Part shown: in pieces, positions 60,220 to 64,000 of the stretch
Numbering within the stretch: the first letter of the stretch is position 1
Layout of the letters: each line of letters starts with the position of its first letter
Source: Amphiscolops sp. MND2022
Lineage: Eukaryota
Reading direction: 5' to 3'
DNA: 64,000 bases
NCBI GenBank assembly: GCA_964187785.1
Contig: OZ076409.1
Location: forward strand, 14,820,001-14,884,000
Notes under the pieces: generated by a model
Databases searched by the model: none
The model's input: the letters and a program-made list of their open reading frames with translations, nothing else
Told to the model about the DNA's origin: nothing
Translations under genes and position numbers: made by a program

Positions 60220-62872
60220 CGCCTGTACTTAGTTCACGTTTATTTGAAACTGTTTTATCTTTCATGTTATTTTGTTTTACTGTATGTTATAGTATTGTAT
60301 CTAGCAAATGGGTGACCAATTTATATGTCGCATAAAGTGACATGAGAGGAAAAGAAGAAATGCGCTGCGTCGGAAAAATCGGCAGTGTACTATGTACAAG
60401 TTAAATATTTGGCACCCGAAATTGTTTCTCTCTTGAGTTAATAGTGAGTGGGAATGCAGGTAGAGTTCAGTTAGTTTCACACTGGTTAAGTTCGTTTGGT
60501 AGGTTGCGTCAATCGGCGGCTCTGTGTTTTCATTGGTCATCGCTTTCACATCACTTTTCAGTTGATAGAATTTGTAGGAGACTTTTGTCATGTTGTTCAT
60601 CGTTATTACATCTCGTGTAAATGTAGTTAGATAATCAGTGCTTCGTTTTGATTTTTCATCTCATTTTCATCACGTTTTCCTCAGTCGGCCGAGCGACGTC
60701 GCGAAAACTGTTTTTCTCATCTTTTTTACATGGCTCGTTATATGTGAATCAGTGCATGTTGTTACATGTGGGTTTTCTACATAGATCATCGTTTTTTCAT
60801 CTTGCGTTTTCATTTTATCATTTTGGCGAGTTATTTGCTGTAGTTCATCGTTTTTGCATCGCAAGTTTTGACTTGTCGAATTTTTGCTCATTTTGCTGCA
60901 TAGTTCATCTTCTTTTCATCGTAATTTTGGAAAATGTTTATTTTGCGTGTTTTCGTGTTTAGTTTGCTATAACGTAATCGAGGATTGCGTCTTTTATGGT
61001 GGATGAGGGCATTTTATCAATTTTGCGGTGGTTTCGGAGTGTTTTCTTCATGTATTTTAGTGTTAAATGGTGTTGATCGTTTGTCAGGTTGTCGAGATTG
61101 CATGAATTTTAGTGTACATGTGTTATACTCATTTTCGTTGCGTTTCGGATTTGTCATAGTTTGAACATCATTGCATGAATCATTTTTTCGGACTCTTGTG
61201 ACCGCCGCTCGCGTGGCAGTCGAAGAGATGTTCACTCAGCAATGGTATTGGTACCCCGTAGGCGTGCAAGGTACTTGAGGTACCAATCCAGAGCTGGGTG
61301 AGTGGAGCTGCTCCGCTCCTTTCAGATGAATGAAATCTTTCGGATTTGAGCTATATATAGTCTTCATGTTTTTTTTACGGTCGGTTGTTTGTCATCAGAC
61401 GTCGAAATGGGTTTGTCCATTTGACGTTTAATCTGATCAATCAGGGTGATTGACATCTACGGCTTTGCATGTTTCGAATTTTTAAAGTTTGTGATATTGT
61501 GTGGTTTCATGTTCGCGTGTTTTCATAATGTATTCCTTTAAATGGGTTGCCCCATTATTGACATGTTGTTATATGTTCGGTGTTAGTTTCATGTATTTTA
61601 ATTTGGTGTTTTTATTTTCGTTCATTTGGACAGGGATTTGTCGTCACAAAGCCCCTACAAAACTAACTGAGAATCCACTAGCCGCTGGATAACCAACGCA
61701 GCAAGCTTCATCCGAATATGGTTGTGAGCTCCCCGGCTCAACTAACCAGCACTCTTTTCAGAGAATTGCCAGCCAGTACGAAGAAATGTTTTTGGCTTTT
61801 CGATAGGGGTATTTTGCTTGTTATGAACTGATGTTTACTGGGGGGGCTCACTCCTTTCTTCGTTTTGTGGTTGTTTCGTCAGTTCTTATATTTTGCATGT
61901 AAGTTAGTAGGCTTCATGTATTTTCGATTGTTTGTTTCATTTTTATTCGTCTAGGTTTGTATGGCGTTGGTGTGAATTGCATATATTATCTCGTTCATTT
62001 TTAAACGGTACATGTATATTTCCGTGTGTTGCTCATTTGTATTGCATGTAGTTTAGATTTGTCAATTTCTTTCGTGACGTCATTGATTTGGCAGGTCTTT
62101 GAACCTTACATGTATTGATCATTTCATTTTTGTGTGGCATAATTCTATTTGCGTGATTCGAAATAAAGTCGGCTGTTTTTATCGTTTCGTGGAGTTACAT
62201 GTTGTTTGGGAATTAGCTGATTTATTGTGATGTTATGTGGATGGTGTTTCCCATCACAAGGAGGTTTTCGTAAGTCATTTAATATTTTCGAACTTCCATT
62301 TAGACTAAATTCATCGTTTTGACATCCTCCAGCGAAGCTAGAGTATCGTGTCAGGCTGACGATAAATTCGATCACGATTTGATGGTAGTTTCCATCACAA
62401 ATTCATCTCATTAATTGTTTTCATGTAAGTTCTGAATAATTGAATCGAGTTCATCGCTAATTCATCCTCTAGCCGAGCTAGAGTATTATGATAGCATGAA
62501 CGTGAGTGCGTTCGCATTCTGATGGCATTTTCCATCTCCAATGCATCGCTAGTAAATATTGCATGTTGATTGGTCAAATTTTTGACTAAGTTCATCACTT
62601 TTTCATCTCTCGTGTGTCTGAGATAAATTTTCATGTGATTTCATCCTTTTTCATCTCAAAATTTTTATGTGTTGTTTTTCTGGTTTTTTGGTCGTTTTTC
62701 ATCCGTTTTACATCGTGTTTCGTCTTTTTGCGTATTTCATGTAGTTTTAAGTGATTGTTCATCTATTTTACATCTTCATGTTCGTTTTAAGTTGAAATTG
62801 CATGTAATTGACTCGTTTTTGTGAATTTTCATCCGTAACTCATCGTGTGTTTAGAAATGTGGTTTTTCATGG

Positions 62873-64000
62873 CTAAATCGTTACGTTTACTTTGTTGGTC
62901 TTTCTCAGTGCGTTTCTAGCTGCAGTAATCTCATGAATGAGGAAATCAGGATATGTTTTCGGTGTAGGGTTCTCGCGTAACCTGTACCTACTCTGATTGT
63001 TTCTAGACGGTCTAGAACTCATCCTTCCCTCATCTTCAGTTTGCGTGTTTGTCTGTTGTGATTGATTTTCGTGTTGTTCGTCTCTCAGAGGTACTCTTAT
63101 CCTACTTTCATCGCGGGGGGGGGCGGTAGAATAATTTCCTCTTGCGTTCCAAATCTAACTGTAGGTGGTCTAAAGTTGTTGTGGTCAGTTTCTACTTGCT
63201 GATAGTCTATTCTCGTGGTTATTTCTGGTGGAATTACTTGTGGACTGTGTCGTTCTTGTACCTGCGGAACTATTTCTTCTGAAGGCTCTTCTTCGACTAA
63301 GTCTTGATCTAGATTGTCATTCTCATTCTGATCTACTTCGTCGGAATATTCGAGTCGAAAATGTCCGTGTCTTCAACCCTTTCAGTGTCTTGGTAGAGAT
63401 GTTTGGACACCTTGATGTCATCAATCGGAAATTCCGGTTTGAACAACCTCAGTCGCATTCTGTGGACGCACTGAGTCTGGTGTGTGCCTACTTTGCGGAT
63501 GATGTAGTTGCTATCGGATAGCACTTTCATCACCTTGTACGGTCCTTTCCAATGGAAAGTTTTAAACTCTTCTTTGCTTCTCTGAGAGTCGTACTTAGGA
63601 TCTAGTAGGAACACAAATTCATTCACCTTCAGTGGCTGTGCTCGTGCTTTTCTATCATAGTACATTTTGTACTTGTGATATGTGGAAATGATGTTATCTA
63701 GATTGTCTCTGAAGATGAAGTTCATTTTGTCTAGAATTTCATTCACGTCCTTGCACTTTGTTTCAGCCGGCTTGTTTGCGTTTCGGAATTGCAGATCTAG
63801 TGGGTTGTATGGTGTTCTGCCGTGGAAAATTTCAGTTGGTGAACATTTCAGTGAATCATGATACGTTGTGTTATGGGCCATGATTGCTATGTCGACATAG
63901 TGGTCCCATTGTGGTCTGTCTGCGTTTACACTAATTTTAAGGATCTTTTTCAGTTTCGCGTGCGTTCTCTCCACCATGCCTATTGTCTGTGCGTGCTTTA
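62873..64000 (-). mobile_element. Ty3/Gypsy integrase C-terminal half and tail; the element continues past the window
   Basis: HAQTIGMVERTHAKLK, WDHYV..AIMAHNTTYH..LKCSPTEIFHGR, WKGPYKV (GPY/F), VHRMRLR. Stop at 63333, then a tail with RYRLRENPTPKTYPDF. Confidence 0.92.

Overview
Eukaryotic, transposon-rich DNA, probably from an invertebrate animal; the species cannot be fixed from the window. One clear host gene is present: a 7-exon carnitine O-palmitoyltransferase 1 (CPT1, minus strand, 15850 to 3475, about 767 aa after splicing), with an apparent GC-AG intron. Most of the rest is mobile DNA: a CR1/L2-type LINE with an SGNH-esterase ORF1; several hAT and Mutator-type elements with clean TIRs and TSDs, including a multi-level nest at 17-19 kb; two head-to-head APE-type LINEs; a CGGBP1-like hAT remnant; a complete but decayed BEL/Pao retrotransposon (35044-43373); Gypsy relics; and a 1.6-kb direct duplication. 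Two findings stand out. (1) The last 12 kb look like the 3' part of a very large minus-strand Ty3/Gypsy element. Its roughly 8.7-kb interval between integrase and a roughly 1.9-kb LTR holds an antisense, multi-intron gene with a BED-like zinc finger and hAT-transposase-like layout, preceded by RFX X-box motifs. (2) The BEL element carries an extra SGNH-hydrolase-like ORF upstream of gag. All family assignments come from motif recognition by eye, not database searches.
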